DNA of 32,000 nucleotides, taken from assembly GCA_013286795.1 (NCBI GenBank), contig JABDFA010000011.1, positions 6,341 to 38,340 on the forward strand. Direction: 5' to 3'. Shown piece after piece: positions 30,404-32,000 of the stretch. The position numbers and the translations under genes are program-made. The number at the start of each line of letters is the position of its first letter. Within the stretch, counting starts at the first letter, position 1. This DNA is from Candidatus Babelota bacterium. GTDB lineage: Bacteria; Babelota; Babeliae; Babelales; JABDEC01. Under the pieces are notes generated by a model. That model ran no database searches. It was not told where the DNA came from and was given only the letters and a program-made list of their open reading frames with translations.

Positions 30404-31186
30404 TTATTCAAGATTGGCAAGACCATTAATTTTACCTTTTTCAAACATATATTTGAAAAAGCTTATAGCTAAAATTAAATATACAATATTTAAAATGTAA
30501 CTAATTAATATCTCACTATAACATACAGTTCCAGTTGTTAAAAGACCTCGCATGTTTTCAAAAGTATATGTCATAGGAAGCATTTTAGCTATAAATTGTA
30601 AACTTTCAGGCAACAATCTTAATGGATAATAAACTGCACAAAATGGAGCAAATAACCATCCAAGAAAATAAACTAAATCTATAGATCTTTTTCCCAAATA
30701 AATAACTAGGCCACATAAAAAAAATCCTATAAAAAGCCCTGACAACATTAAAGAACTTATAAATGTTAAAACATGAATTCCCATAGAAAATATATTAAGA
30801 CCAAAAATAAATCGAATTATCATAGAACTAAAAACAATCAAAAGTAAAACATTTATAGAACAAATAATTATATCAGCCAAAACCCATTCATAAATAGTAA
30901 TAGGCGTTGTAAAAACGTTGATTAAATTTCGGTCCAAAATTTCACTCAATAAATTATTAGCAACCTGAATCGTGATCATTATAGCTATATCCCAGAACAC
31001 AGCTGTACTTACAAGTATCAAAACAGAATTGCCAGCTTGAGACCCGGAACCTAGCCACATTCCCATCATGCCTAACAATAAAATATTAATAAAAGGCCAA
31101 TAAAGTATGTTCAAAATTCTATTCAAATCCCTAAAATGAAGAAGAAGTTGTCGTAGGACTATAGCTTGAACACATCTAAAATTCAT
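30404..31186 (-). CDS. ABC-2 type transporter permease
   Basis: 260 aa with about six TM segments. It lies immediately downstream of an ABC ATPase gene, and its size and topology are typical of ABC-2 permeases. Confidence 0.8.
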   Translation of the reverse strand: MNFRCVQAIVLRQLLLHFRDLNRILNILYWPFINILLLGMMGMWLGSGSQAGNSVLILVSTAVFWDIAIMITIQVANNLLSEILDRNLINVFTTPITIYEWVLADIIICSINVLLLIVFSSMIIRFIFGLNIFSMGIHVLTFISSLMLSGLFIGFFLCGLVIYLGKRSIDLVYFLGWLFAPFCAVYYPLRLLPESLQFIAKMLPMTYTFENMRGLLTTGTVCYSEILISYILNIVYLILAISFFKYMFEKGKINGLANLE

Positions 31187-31203
31187 AATTTTTCCTCAAT
31201 TTG

Positions 31204-32000
31204 TTAGCTCTTTTTTGAAATACTCAAGAAATAATCCTCAAGACTTGGTTTATCTATCGATATTCCAATGTAATTTAATCCAGCTAGAGCCAAACCATGT
31301 AATAAAGCAGGTATCATATGTTCATCAATATCTATTTCAAAACTTTTACCTTTAACTCTATAGACTACATTAAATTTTCTAATAAAGTTTTCAATTTCAA
31401 CTATTTTATCATCAACAACAAGACGTAAATGGGATATGGAAACTGTCTTAGTTAATAAATCAGGCTCACTATCAGCAATCAATTTACCTTCTTTTAAAAC
31501 TAAAATTCTATCACATGCATCTGAAACCTCTGCCATATTATGTGATGTTAATAAAATAGAAATTTTGTGTTCAGCTTGTTGATTTAAAATAAATTTTCTA
31601 ACTTCAAGAGCAACTTCAGGGTCAAGAGCTGCTGTAGGCTCATCAAGTAAGACAATTTGAGGATTGGGCAAAAAAGCCTTTGTTAACATTACCAAAGCCA
31701 TTTGGCCGGCAGACAAAACACCGGTCGATTTATTTCTCAACTCCCAAATACCAAAAGCTTTTAAGAAATAAGTTATTCTTTCTTTTAACTCTAAAGTAGG
31801 TATGTCATATAATCTGCCAAATATATCTAAATTTTCATAAACAGTAAGAGATCCTGGTAATTGCACATAAGAGCTTGCAAATGTTACTTTCTTTAAGATC
31901 TCTTTTTGCTCGCTTAAAAAATTTTCACCAAAATATTCTATTTTCCCAGAAGTAGGAGTCATTAAACCAAGTAACATTTGAATAGTAGTTGTTTTACCCG
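31204..32000 (-). CDS. ABC transporter ATP-binding protein (5' end outside the window)
   Basis: The frame stays open to the window edge, reading GKTTTIQMLLGLMTPTSG (Walker A tail). It carries signature LSAGQ, Walker B IVLLDEPTAALD and H-loop TSHNM. The ORF-track Met at 31977 is internal. Confidence 0.9.
   Translation of the reverse strand, partial: GKTTTIQMLLGLMTPTSGKIEYFGENFLSEQKEILKKVTFASSYVQLPGSLTVYENLDIFGRLYDIPTLELKERITYFLKAFGIWELRNKSTGVLSAGQMALVMLTKAFLPNPQIVLLDEPTAALDPEVALEVRKFILNQQAEHKISILLTSHNMAEVSDACDRILVLKEGKLIADSEPDLLTKTVSISHLRLVVDDKIVEIENFIRKFNVVYRVKGKSFEIDIDEHMIPALLHGLALAGLNYIGISIDKPSLEDYFLSISKKS

Noticed and set aside
1-32000. Alternative genetic code (TGA = Trp), as in some AT-rich reduced genomes
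   Set aside because: Conserved genes close at the expected length on TGA (ndk, ankyrin array member 1). All conserved proteins are full length under the standard code, with no in-frame TGA needed.

Overview
AT-rich (roughly 30% GC by eye), gene-dense bacterial chromosome segment read with the standard code; TGA is used as a stop. A housekeeping backbone is present: NUDIX hydrolase, M3 oligopeptidase, uvrB, rpsA-ndk, nusB-efp, glyA, an ABC-2 exporter, and glycan genes (GT4, GNAT, flippase-like protein, two GT2 paralogs). Interleaved with it are about 16 genes whose products carry Sec-type N-terminal leaders, many with eukaryote-like features. These include seven clear and one weak ankyrin-repeat proteins. 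Four of them form a mosaic tandem array sharing a C-terminal tail that resembles F-box helix 1. One ends in a polybasic CaaX box (CVIL), and one is truncated by a 1-nt homopolymer frameshift. There is also a leader-bearing protein with two UIMs followed by a Josephin-like Cys-His-Asp protease core, a candidate deubiquitinase. In 13 of the 16 leaders a Met sits exactly at the predicted +1 position of the signal-peptidase site. Six loci carry a modular, nested, GC-rich palindromic repeat family. One copy is translated in frame inside a glycosyltransferase, two supply the stop codons of ndk and the flippase-like gene, and one displaces a start codon. The overall picture is an effector-rich region of a probable intracellular or protist-associated bacterium that targets host ubiquitin and prenylation machinery. 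The lineage cannot be assigned from this window alone. No rRNA, tRNA, CRISPR array, transposase or phage genes were seen. Hand-derived sub-feature coordinates may be off by 1-2 nt.
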